Assembly (NCBI GenBank): GCA_016186795.1
Contig: JACPKY010000002.1
Location: 350,748-414,747 of the forward strand
Source of the DNA: Candidatus Gottesmanbacteria bacterium
Lineage (GTDB): Bacteria > Patescibacteriota > Microgenomatia > 2-02-FULL-39-11
Length of the DNA: 64,000 bases
Reading direction: 5' to 3'
Shown here: positions 47,948-57,357 of the stretch, in pieces
How the letters are laid out: each line of letters begins with the position of its first letter
How positions within the stretch are numbered: position 1 is the first letter of the stretch
Translations under genes and position numbers: made by a program
The notes under the pieces: model-generated
Database searches by the model: none
Seen by the model: the letters and a program-made list of their open reading frames with translations, nothing else
What the model was told of the DNA's origin: nothing

Positions 47948-49249
47948 TTAGTAAGAAAGTAAACTTTTATACTTTGCCAATCTCTTTTCTATTATCTCCA
48001 TACTTGTATCCTTATCATCTCTTTCTACAAAAAGACTTAAATTTAACATAGTAATAATCTTTATCACACTAGCTTTGAACTTATATTTTAGGCCTTTATA
48101 TTTTTGATTGCGTAAATATGCCTCAATGATTTCTTTTGTGCCTGTCTTTTCTTGAGAGTTTTGTTTGGCAGTTGCTAAAAATTTCGCTAATCCTTTTATA
48201 GGGTCCCCCTTTTTGAGAAAATGATTCACAGCCCAATTTCGAAGCTGAATATACGTATTTTTATTTGATTTCAACATTCGTAAAAGTTCTTCTTTCGTTT
48301 TCGCTTTTGGCACGTATCCGTACCACTCTCCTATTAGATCTTTCGGTAGCGGAAACGGCTCTAGCATAAGTATTGGTTTTTTTGCAATTGCTGCTTCAAT
48401 GAGACTCGTAGAGAAGGAAGAAACGACAATATCGCTTGCAAGTATCCAATCTCGAACGGTGTAGTCTTTGAGAATGTGTATTCTTTTTCCAAGTTCTGGC
48501 TCGAATTTTTGTACGGTTTCTAAAAACGTAGTATAGGAAGTGGCCGGTCGTGGCCGGATAATAATTTCTACATTGTCACTTTTTTTTAGAAATCGTAACC
48601 AATGGAGCACCTCGATAAGCGATTTACCGCAATAATCTCTCATTTGATAGACAGCTTTCCTGTCTTGGCCATTTTTTATTATCTCTTCAATCAAATGGTC
48701 AGAGTAAAAGTACCAAGAATAATTCTCTGGGAAAAATATCCATTTTTTCCGTTGGTCTATATCAAATTTTTTCCCTAAGATTTCTCTTGACGCGAATACT
48801 TTCCTGTATGGAGGGAAATAAAGGTAGTAAGCTGGTTGACCATTCACGAATATGTGGCTCTCTGGGACTCCTCTATCCTGTAAGAATATCGCCCGCTGTT
48901 TACTCCACGCATGATGGAGAACGCATTTCTTCGCAAAAGAGTCTCGAGGTGCTTTATATTCAATGTTTGCTCTATAAAATACTTGTTCCCAGGAAAGATT
49001 TACAAATGTTGCATCGTTCCAAGATGAAAGGTAATGTTTGAGTCCAGAATCATGTATGGAGTAACAATACGGTAAAAGAACAATTGTGGGATGAAATTGT
49101 TGAGTAAAAGAGGTAGGACGGGGATGGAAAAAGGGGAGAATCTTTACCTTCTTTTGATATTTTGATTCCAAAAGTGCTGTGGTTGCACAAGCTACGTCAA
49201 GTTCTCTCGCAAAGTGTTCAATAAACCAGACAATATCTAATTTCTCCAT
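47948..49249 (-). CDS. Surface carbohydrate biosynthesis protein (GT-B-like, candidate ulosonate transferase)
   Basis: EHFARELD, WEQ, NGQP, IRPRP and SSFSTSLIEA motifs. Confidence 0.55.
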   Translation of the reverse strand: MEKLDIVWFIEHFARELDVACATTALLESKYQKKVKILPFFHPRPTSFTQQFHPTIVLLPYCYSIHDSGLKHYLSSWNDATFVNLSWEQVFYRANIEYKAPRDSFAKKCVLHHAWSKQRAIFLQDRGVPESHIFVNGQPAYYLYFPPYRKVFASREILGKKFDIDQRKKWIFFPENYSWYFYSDHLIEEIIKNGQDRKAVYQMRDYCGKSLIEVLHWLRFLKKSDNVEIIIRPRPATSYTTFLETVQKFEPELGKRIHILKDYTVRDWILASDIVVSSFSTSLIEAAIAKKPILMLEPFPLPKDLIGEWYGYVPKAKTKEELLRMLKSNKNTYIQLRNWAVNHFLKKGDPIKGLAKFLATAKQNSQEKTGTKEIIEAYLRNQKYKGLKYKFKASVIKIITMLNLSLFVERDDKDTSMEIIEKRLAKYKSLLSY

Positions 49250-51174
49250 AGTCGATGTATTGTCTGCTGGATGGTATTGCTATCAAGGCCTAAATACTTT
49301 AATACCTCTTCTCTAAATCCGGTTTGTGGAAAATCTCTCAAAGCAATATGCTCAACACGAGGAAACTGTATGCCATGAATAGTAAGATAGGCAAGTAAAC
49401 TCTCTCCAAATCCTCCTTTTTTATAGTGATCTTCAACAATGAGAAGCGGAATGCCACGTTTTGAAGCATCAAGCAACTGCTTTCTATCAAATTCTATCAA
49501 CCACGGCTGATTCCAAACTTCAACAGATATTCCATCTCTTTCCAGATTGATAGCAGCAACTATCGATTCGGCGATAACAACCGGACCGATTCCAATAACA
49601 AGAATATTTTTCCCTTCTCGTAAAATATGAGCTTTTCCCTTTTCCAGATTTTTGGAAGGTGTATTTAATTCTACTTTTCCAGAAGCCATAGACAGCCGCA
49701 CATACAAAATGTTTCCCAGCTCATTATTGAAATAACGTCCGAGAACGTTCTCTACATCTTTCGGTGTTATTGGTTGATACATGGTAACACCTGGAATATT
49801 TTTTATACAGGCAATATCACGAAATGCCTGATGTGATTTTCCGGGTGTTGCCGGAATTACCCCGGACATATTTCCGACAATAATCGCCTTTCCACCCTCA
49901 GTTGCAAGATTATAAAGTTGCTCATTCGCTCGTGAAGTGAGAAACGCAGCATAGGTAGAAACAATCGGTATTGTCCCTGATCTTGAAAACGCAGCTGCTG
50001 TTGAAACCATGTGCTGCTCCATAATCCCCATCTCAAAAAACCGTGTGTGATTTCTTTTATGGAATTCTACAAACCCTGAGTCTTCCTCAAGGTCTCCATC
50101 GAGCGTTACAAATTGATACTTTTTTGCAAAGTCTAAAAGAGCATCTGAAAATCCTGTAATAAGACTTGAACCACGCACATCTTTTTGCATTGGCTCTTTC
50201 GGAATATCCTTAAGTGATAAACTTAAATCAATGACGAAGCCAAAACTACTCATTAAATCCTTCACTCTTTTATAAATTTCTCTTAATGCCTGGTCTAACT
50301 GTTTCCTGTCAGGAGCTTTGTTGTGCCATATATATCGATCTATTTTGCTTTTTAAAACATTAGGATGCTCCATGTAAGAAACACCTTGACCTTTCACGGT
50401 GCGCATATAGAGTAATTTCGGTTTCTTTGACTTTGCAAGTTTCATGAATCCATCATGGATATTTTTAATCTTTTTACCGTTTTTTTCTACGACAGTAAAA
50501 CCAAGGGACGACAGTGTATGTACTATATCGTTATACTTAAGAATATTTTGAGTGAACTGGTCCGTCTGAACGCTATTATCATCAATAATGATGTAGAGGT
50601 TATCTACTTTGAAACTTACTGCCGAAAGAAGCGATTCCCACAATTGACCCTCTTGAAGTTCTCCATCTCCAACAATCACGATGACGCTTCCTTTATACCC
50701 CATACGCTTTTTAAAAAGTGCGAAACCAACAGCTTTTGAAATTCCCATAGCAAGGGATCCCGTGTTTGCTTCAATTCCAGGAGTTTCAATATCACAATGT
50801 CCGGAAAGACCATGAAGACGGCGCAACCGGTTAAGATTTTCGATTGGAAAGTAGCCTTTTGCAGAAAGTGTAGCATAAAGAGATGGGACGGCGTGACCTT
50901 TGGAAAGGATAAAAATATCTCTGTCTTTGGAGGAACTCTCTTTGGGGGAAAAGGAAAATGATCGAAAATATATTTCTGTAAGGAGTTCAATGATGCTAAG
51001 GGAAGCTCCCAGATGTCCAGTCCCTGCCCTTGCTACACTAAGTAGTGTATTGTATCGGATCAAATCTGCGATGGCACTCAAAATCTTTGCTTTTCCTTTT
51101 CCTCCCTGAGATTTTTTTTCAAGAAAGAGAAAACTTTCTTGGGAAATAAAACCTAGATTATTTAATAGATTCAT
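49237..51174 (-). CDS. Fused transketolase-like TPP enzyme
   Basis: GHLGASLS, SKGHA, TGSL, GDGELQEG..WE...DDN, GIMEQHM, SHQ and EDHY..GGFG motifs. Confidence 0.85.
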   Translation of the reverse strand: MNLLNNLGFISQESFLFLEKKSQGGKGKAKILSAIADLIRYNTLLSVARAGTGHLGASLSIIELLTEIYFRSFSFSPKESSSKDRDIFILSKGHAVPSLYATLSAKGYFPIENLNRLRRLHGLSGHCDIETPGIEANTGSLAMGISKAVGFALFKKRMGYKGSVIVIVGDGELQEGQLWESLLSAVSFKVDNLYIIIDDNSVQTDQFTQNILKYNDIVHTLSSLGFTVVEKNGKKIKNIHDGFMKLAKSKKPKLLYMRTVKGQGVSYMEHPNVLKSKIDRYIWHNKAPDRKQLDQALREIYKRVKDLMSSFGFVIDLSLSLKDIPKEPMQKDVRGSSLITGFSDALLDFAKKYQFVTLDGDLEEDSGFVEFHKRNHTRFFEMGIMEQHMVSTAAAFSRSGTIPIVSTYAAFLTSRANEQLYNLATEGGKAIIVGNMSGVIPATPGKSHQAFRDIACIKNIPGVTMYQPITPKDVENVLGRYFNNELGNILYVRLSMASGKVELNTPSKNLEKGKAHILREGKNILVIGIGPVVIAESIVAAINLERDGISVEVWNQPWLIEFDRKQLLDASKRGIPLLIVEDHYKKGGFGESLLAYLTIHGIQFPRVEHIALRDFPQTGFREEVLKYLGLDSNTIQQTIHRLWRN

Positions 51175-51934
51175 AATCAAGTGTGAAAGGCGTGTGTAAA
51201 ATTTTTGGCAATGTTGCTTTTCCCTCCTTTATAAGCCGCTGGGCATAGTACCAATCATACTCCGTGTTCACATCGACTCCTTCATCATCTTTGGTAAAAA
51301 ATGGCATGATTGCCTCTCCCGAAATAGAATGGTGTTCAAATACACATCGAGTTTTTGCAATCTCCAAACTTGCATTCTGCATATACACTTCTGGAAGAGA
51401 TGGGTACTGAAGACTGTGCCAGAGAATACCTTTTTTATGAGGATTTTCCATGACGGGTTTCATTCGATTTTTTTCCTTATCCACAATCCACATTTTCGCT
51501 GGATGATGCGTGGTTTTCTCTACCGCACGAAGAGAATCTACGTTTGGATTATTAAGGATCATATTCCATGCTCGCTTAAGTGTTTCTGGTTTTCTAAAAG
51601 GACTAGTTGGTCTTAAAATTGCAAAATAGTCATATAACTCTCCTTTTTCTCTCAAAAATTGAAGAGTGTAGGATATCCACTCGATATCAGGAGATGTTTC
51701 TTGGGCAAATTCAGATGGGCGTAAGAATGGAACATCTGCTCCATAATATCTCGCAACATCTGCATAGAGTTTACTATCCGTTGAAACAATAACTTTTGAG
51801 AAAATGTTTGACTCCAAAGACGATACTATACTGTATGCAAGGAGTGGATGGCCATACAGTTCTCTGATATTTTTGTGTTTAATTCTCTTCGAACCGGACC
51901 TTGCAGGAATAAGAGCTATGCAAGAATGTTTCAT
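51158..51934 (-). CDS. neuA: Acylneuraminate (ulosonate) cytidylyltransferase
   Basis: IPARSGSKRIKHKN, STDS, RP.EFA, LRPTSPFR and DVNT motifs. Confidence 0.9.
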   Translation of the reverse strand: MKHSCIALIPARSGSKRIKHKNIRELYGHPLLAYSIVSSLESNIFSKVIVSTDSKLYADVARYYGADVPFLRPSEFAQETSPDIEWISYTLQFLREKGELYDYFAILRPTSPFRKPETLKRAWNMILNNPNVDSLRAVEKTTHHPAKMWIVDKEKNRMKPVMENPHKKGILWHSLQYPSLPEVYMQNASLEIAKTRCVFEHHSISGEAIMPFFTKDDEGVDVNTEYDWYYAQRLIKEGKATLPKILHTPFTLDYESIK

Positions 51935-51945
51935 ATGATTCTCTT

Positions 51946-53955
51946 TTACTTATAACCTCTCTTGCCGATTTTCACCAGAACATATGAACTATTCTGAATT
52001 ATTAATTTGGCATTGTTCGTTTCGATGAGTTTTTGAATATAAGTATCGGGATTTATCGATAATTCTGAAGTGTCTATAAGTAAATAAACCGGATCATTCT
52101 TTATCTCAAAGACCATGTTTTGAAGTAACCTTTCATTTTCAGGATATAATACTAGATTTTCAATGATCTTTTGTCTTTGGGCATATTGAGAATGTCCTTG
52201 GATGTATAAATCTGATGTTTTGGCGAAATAAATTCTTCGCTGCACGATTGCGCTCAAGAGTTCTTGTTGTCTTGGCAAAGCGGCAACAATGGCGTTAGGT
52301 TCACTATTTTTTCTTATCCATACTGCTACTTCCTCCAATTTTCTATCTGTGGAAATGATCTTCGTACCCTGACTCTCAATGCCTGATGGAAACTGCTGAC
52401 GAGACGACGTATATGCGACGAGTATAAAAAGATACTGAAGAAAAGTGAAAATGAAAAAACCATAAAGAATAATCTTCTTAACTTTCTTTCCAAATATATT
52501 CGCATTATGCTCAATACCCTTGATAGTGAGGATAGAGAGAGGAATACTGGAAAGAAAAACAAATTTATATTGGTTATTATCCGGTAAAAGAAGAAATATA
52601 CTCAAAGAGAATAGCACAAAAAAAAGAACCGCTAGTGCAAAAAGTTTGATGGAGTTACTCTTGCCTATCATTGCCTTTAAACCATCATATGCAAAAGGAA
52701 GAAAGAGAAGATAGGTGAACTGGAAATCTAATAGAGAATATACCCGAAACGATAATCCAATATTAAATTCCTTAAATGCTTGCTGAATAGGTTGGATATA
52801 GGGATATATTAGAACAGAAACTGTTAAAATCGAGGCAAGTATGAAAAGAGATGTTTTCTCCGGTAACATGGAAGCTTTTTTCAAGGAGCCGAATATATCA
52901 ATAAGAGCAAAAAAGAATAAGAAAATTACAGCTGGAATGAATGAGACGGGATGAAATAAAGCCAAACCCAGAAGAGTTATGAAAAGAGGGATCACTAGTT
53001 TTCGTATGGGAAGCTCAGTTAACTTTACAATGATTAGAACTAAGGTGAGATTCAAAACAAATCCAAGTCTGAATCCATCAATACTCAGAAATTTATGGAC
53101 AAGGTCTAGCAATCGCCCGTCAACAGGAAATATCTTAGCGATATTCGTGATCGCACTAGGATCTAGAGTTTTAAATGTACTATAAATACCTGGATTTCTT
53201 ATTAATCTCACTAAAAAAACAGTCCCATTATATAATCCTGGTCCCATCACCAAAAGGAAAGCACCAAGAATTTGTAGACTTGAATTTTGAACAAAATTTC
53301 TTGAGAGTAAAAATCCAATGGTAAAGACAGAAAATATTGACATCAAACCAACAATTACGCTGACTTGCAACGCTGACATATTGAGAATAATTGATCCAAC
53401 GGCAAGATACAAAGAATACAACCAATATGTGTTTATGGGGATACCTGCCAGAGCAAAATGGTCAGGAGGTATGATACCATTCATAATTTGATAGACTATT
53501 GGCAAGTGTATGTTTCCTTCATAAGACTGTTGTACCCGTATAAATGACAAAGGTATTACAACCAAAGAAGATAAACAAAGCATAAGAACCAAAATTTCTT
53601 TTTCTTTAGCTAAGGATATGTACCTGGCCTGTTTCTTTGTAATTAAAAGATAGAAAGAGGAAAGAAGAGTATAAGCGATAATAGATCCAGTGGTGAAGGA
53701 AAGAGAAAAATGCATAAGGTAAGAAATGAAATAGCCCATTATAACAATCAAAGAGGAAGAAAGAGGGAAGGCAAGTGCACTTACTTCTAGAAGAGTCAAA
53801 TGAGATGGCACTGCAATGGCTAATAAATTAAATCCATTTAAGAAAAAGAGTACTGGCAATACATAAAGATTTGCTTGGAGAGAGAAAATTTTTTGGATAA
53901 TAAATAATACAAAAGAACAAATGAGCGAAATTATGACTATTCTCTTTACGGACAT
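51946..53955 (-). CDS. Large polytopic membrane protein, putative GT-C
   Basis: More than 12 TM segments, H..IVYQI.NG.IPP, YWLY and FHP motifs, and a C-terminal soluble domain (WIRKNSEPNA, RRIY). Confidence 0.55.
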   Translation of the reverse strand: MSVKRIVIISLICSFVLFIIQKIFSLQANLYVLPVLFFLNGFNLLAIAVPSHLTLLEVSALAFPLSSSLIVIMGYFISYLMHFSLSFTTGSIIAYTLLSSFYLLITKKQARYISLAKEKEILVLMLCLSSLVVIPLSFIRVQQSYEGNIHLPIVYQIMNGIIPPDHFALAGIPINTYWLYSLYLAVGSIILNMSALQVSVIVGLMSIFSVFTIGFLLSRNFVQNSSLQILGAFLLVMGPGLYNGTVFLVRLIRNPGIYSTFKTLDPSAITNIAKIFPVDGRLLDLVHKFLSIDGFRLGFVLNLTLVLIIVKLTELPIRKLVIPLFITLLGLALFHPVSFIPAVIFLFFFALIDIFGSLKKASMLPEKTSLFILASILTVSVLIYPYIQPIQQAFKEFNIGLSFRVYSLLDFQFTYLLFLPFAYDGLKAMIGKSNSIKLFALAVLFFVLFSLSIFLLLPDNNQYKFVFLSSIPLSILTIKGIEHNANIFGKKVKKIILYGFFIFTFLQYLFILVAYTSSRQQFPSGIESQGTKIISTDRKLEEVAVWIRKNSEPNAIVAALPRQQELLSAIVQRRIYFAKTSDLYIQGHSQYAQRQKIIENLVLYPENERLLQNMVFEIKNDPVYLLIDTSELSINPDTYIQKLIETNNAKLIIQNSSYVLVKIGKRGYK

Positions 53956-53975
53956 ATTTTTTCCTGGCTGTTTGT

Positions 53976-55439
53976 TTATACACGAGAGGGATTGTATTTA
54001 ATGTACACAGTTTTCCATTCGGAATAAACATCAAGTGCTTCTGTCCCTGGTTCTCTGTGACCGTTGCCTGACTTTCCTACACCTCCAAAGGGCAAATGTG
54101 GTTCGCTCCCAAAGGTAGGCCCATTCACTGATACCAGTCCAACCCGTACTCTATGTATAAATTCTTGTATTCTATGAATACTTCTTGTATGAATTGCAGA
54201 TGTCAAACCATAATCAGTTGCATTAACAAGTCTTACTGCTTCCTCAAAATTTTTCACCTTAAATAGACATGTCACCGGACCGAAGAGCTCGCTTTGAGAA
54301 ATGGATGCATCCACTTTTGCTCCTTCAACAATTGTTGGTTCTATAAAAAAACCATTTTTCTTCTCACCTTTGACCAACCTCTTTCCACCCGCAATTACAT
54401 TCGCTCCCTGGAGTACAGCATGATCAATCTCTACAAGAATTTTATTCATTTGACTCTCATTAATCACAGGTCCTACATCATCTTTATCACCTGATCCAAC
54501 TTTTAACTGTTTTGTTTTTTGCACAAATTCTCTTTTAAACTGATCATATATTTTTTCAAAAATGATGAGTCTACTCCCGGACGAACACCGCTGGCCAGCG
54601 TTTGAGAAAGCAGATAAGACAGCGTAAGAGACAGCATCCTTCATATCTGCATCATCACATACAAGAAAAGCATTTTTTCCCCCCAGTTCCAGACTCACTT
54701 TTGCAATCCTACCACCCGCAACTTTTGCGATATACTCACCTACTTCACATGAGCCGGTAAAACTTACGAGATCCACTCTATCATCCTCGACAAGCGATCG
54801 ACCAACCTCCTCTCCAGATCCTTGAACAACATTAAAAACTCCTTTGGGAAGTCCGGCTAGTTGCAATATTTTTGCAAACCAGACAGGTGTGAATGGCGTA
54901 TCTTTTGCAGCCTTCAACACACAAGTATTTCCACAAAGAAGTGCTGGAAATGCTTTCCAGGAAACATTGGCAATCGGTGTGTTAAACGGAACAATGAGTG
55001 CACAAACTCCTATAGGTTGACGCATTGTATATGCGAAGCGGTTAAGTACCGCTGAAGTTGTCGTCCTTCCATAAAACCTTCTTCCCTCCCCTGCCATAAA
55101 AAATCCAAGCTCAATAGCTCCTGAAACTTCCACAAGTGAATCTTTGAAAGATTTTCCAGTTTCGGAAGATACAATAAAAGCAATTTCCTCTCTTTTTTCT
55201 TGGAGAATCAAAGCTGCGGTTCTTAGTATATCGGCTCTTTGAATAACGGGAGTATATGCCCACCGAAAGAAATGATCAGAAGCATAAGTTACAGCACTAT
55301 CTACATCTTCGCCTGTCCCCTTTTCTATGCGCGCGACTACTTTTCCACTCGTTGGAGAGATTTTTTCAATATACTTTCTCGAAGTGCTTTCAACTTCATT
55401 CCCATTAATAAAATGATAAATTCGTGAAGGGTATTTCAT
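53976..55439 (-). CDS. NAD(P)-dependent aldehyde dehydrogenase
   Basis: PFNTP, SFTGS, LELGGKN, GQRCS, ELFGP and PFGGVGKSG motifs. Confidence 0.95.
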   Translation of the reverse strand: MKYPSRIYHFINGNEVESTSRKYIEKISPTSGKVVARIEKGTGEDVDSAVTYASDHFFRWAYTPVIQRADILRTAALILQEKREEIAFIVSSETGKSFKDSLVEVSGAIELGFFMAGEGRRFYGRTTTSAVLNRFAYTMRQPIGVCALIVPFNTPIANVSWKAFPALLCGNTCVLKAAKDTPFTPVWFAKILQLAGLPKGVFNVVQGSGEEVGRSLVEDDRVDLVSFTGSCEVGEYIAKVAGGRIAKVSLELGGKNAFLVCDDADMKDAVSYAVLSAFSNAGQRCSSGSRLIIFEKIYDQFKREFVQKTKQLKVGSGDKDDVGPVINESQMNKILVEIDHAVLQGANVIAGGKRLVKGEKKNGFFIEPTIVEGAKVDASISQSELFGPVTCLFKVKNFEEAVRLVNATDYGLTSAIHTRSIHRIQEFIHRVRVGLVSVNGPTFGSEPHLPFGGVGKSGNGHREPGTEALDVYSEWKTVYIKYNPSRV

Positions 55440-55464
55440 AAATTTTTAATTTTTATAAACGTAA

Positions 55465-56259
55465 CTACCAAGCGGTAAACCCTCCGTTTACCTGCAGATT
55501 AGTCCCAGTGACGTAGGCAGATGCATCTGAAGCAAGGAATACCAAGGGGCCTCCCAAATCTGTTTCTTTTTGAGCCATACGGCTCAAAGGAATACGTGAT
55601 GAATATTTTTGGATAAATGTTTTATCCTGATTATTGAATACTCCTCCAGGAGATAATGTGTTGATCCGGATATTCCATTTTGCCAGGCGGGTTGCAAAAT
55701 AACGAGTCACTTGCATAAGTGCAGCTTTCGTTGCCCCATAATCCCATGGTTTATCAAACTGAAGATGAGTGTAGAATCTCTCATTGGGAGATCTCTCTCC
55801 ATAGAGGGATCCGATGTTTATAATTGACCCTTTCTTCTTCTTTTTCATATCCGCAATAAATTCATTGATACAATTGACCGCTCCAGATACATTCACATCC
55901 CACATCTTTTTTGCGTGAGGACGATTTTCCATGTATATTCCTATTTTTTGCGGAGGGATATCAATTCCAGCATTATTAACAAGAATATCAATAGGACCTA
56001 ATTCATTAAGTATTTTTTTATGAATTGTTTTTAACTGCCTAGGATTTGTAATATTACCTTTATAAAAAAGAAGGGAGGAAGAATGAAGAGTAAGAGTTGA
56101 AGGAATTGTCCTTTTGGGCAAGTCAATAATTGCAACATGTGCCTTTACATCAAGAAGTGCTTGTACAAACCACGGTCCTAAATTTCCACAACCCCCAGTA
56201 ACAACTGCAGTTTTTCCTCTGAGTAGAAATCGATCTAAAACAGGAATATATTTCTTCAT
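55465..56259 (-). CDS. SDR oxidoreductase (PtmA-like)
   Basis: TGGCGNLG, NNAG, SLYG, YGATK and LSPGGVFNNQ...F...Y..RIPL.RM motifs. Confidence 0.85.
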   Translation of the reverse strand: MKKYIPVLDRFLLRGKTAVVTGGCGNLGPWFVQALLDVKAHVAIIDLPKRTIPSTLTLHSSSLLFYKGNITNPRQLKTIHKKILNELGPIDILVNNAGIDIPPQKIGIYMENRPHAKKMWDVNVSGAVNCINEFIADMKKKKKGSIINIGSLYGERSPNERFYTHLQFDKPWDYGATKAALMQVTRYFATRLAKWNIRINTLSPGGVFNNQDKTFIQKYSSRIPLSRMAQKETDLGGPLVFLASDASAYVTGTNLQVNGGFTAW

Positions 56260-57320
56260 AAAACATCACCGAGAATAAACGCTTCATCTTTTTTTAATGT
56301 TCGCTTTAATTTCTTTCCTATCAATTCATCTACTTGATAGGGATGGAGTCCGCCTCCAGGAGATTTAAATGCAATATCATTTATTTCCAATACATGCCAT
56401 TTGGGTAGATTTTTTGTGGCAACAATCTTTTTCTGCATCTTTATGATGGCCTTTTTCTCACTCTCGTATACCTTTTTTACTCCATCTCCTAAAGCAGTTT
56501 TGACGCGCCGAAGATCTCGTACAAGTTTTCGCATTCCAATCGGCTCAAGAGAAAATACGTGATCAGTGCCTTTCATAACACGGTTGAGGGTAAAGTGCTT
56601 CTCAATAATACGTGCCCCCAAAACAAATGCAGCAACAGACATGGCAATGCCATTATCGTGTGCAGAAAATCCTATGATATTTTCTGGAAAATATTTATGA
56701 TATGAACGTATCACATGAAGATCAAGCTCTGAAAAGTCACTTGGATAACTTGCGGTACATTGAAGAATTGCAAGTTGTGGGTTTATAGACATAATAGATT
56801 CTTGCGCACGTCTCACATCATCAAGCCTTGCCCCGCCTGTTGACATTATCATCGGTTTACCTGCCTTTGCAATGTAGCGAAGAAGAGGAAGATGGACAAC
56901 ATCTGCTGAGGCAATCTTAAATGCTGGCATGGATAAGTCTTCTAAAAAATCTACGCTCTCAAAATCAAATGCTGTGGCAAAAAAGATTAAGTCAAGCTTT
57001 TTGGCATAATCTTGGAGTTCTCTATATTGAGATTTATCAAATTCAAGCGCTTCCCTGTGTCGTCCGTATGTCGGACCAAAAGCATTTTCCGAATTATAGA
57101 CTGAATTATAAAATTCTTTTGTATAGAGTTTTTTATTGTGACGCTTTTGAAGTTTCACCGCATCTACACCACACTCTTTTGCAGCTTTAAAAAGCTGTTT
57201 GCATATTTCTACACTTCCTTGGTGGTTGTGACCTATCTCTGCAATAACAAAACAGTCACTTGATTCAGAGATTGTATAATTTTTGATCCGTAAGATTCGC
57301 TTCTTGTTTTCCCCAACCAT
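56256..57320 (-). CDS. neuB: PEP-dependent nonulosonate synthase with C-terminal SAF domain
   Basis: IAEIGHNHQG, VKLQKR, KIASAD, STGG, LQCTASYP, GFSAH, IEKHFTL, GTDH and KSPG motifs. Confidence 0.92.
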   Translation of the reverse strand: MVGENKKRILRIKNYTISESSDCFVIAEIGHNHQGSVEICKQLFKAAKECGVDAVKLQKRHNKKLYTKEFYNSVYNSENAFGPTYGRHREALEFDKSQYRELQDYAKKLDLIFFATAFDFESVDFLEDLSMPAFKIASADVVHLPLLRYIAKAGKPMIMSTGGARLDDVRRAQESIMSINPQLAILQCTASYPSDFSELDLHVIRSYHKYFPENIIGFSAHDNGIAMSVAAFVLGARIIEKHFTLNRVMKGTDHVFSLEPIGMRKLVRDLRRVKTALGDGVKKVYESEKKAIIKMQKKIVATKNLPKWHVLEINDIAFKSPGGGLHPYQVDELIGKKLKRTLKKDEAFILGDVL

Positions 57321-57333
57321 ATATCAAACTGCT

Positions 57334-57342
57334 ATTATAACA
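57334..57342 (-). promoter_or_regulatory. Extended -10 element (TGtTATAAT) upstream of neuB
   Basis: Perfect TGnTATAAT 13 nt before the neuB ATG. Confidence 0.55.
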
Positions 57343-57357
57343 GATAATACGGGTATT

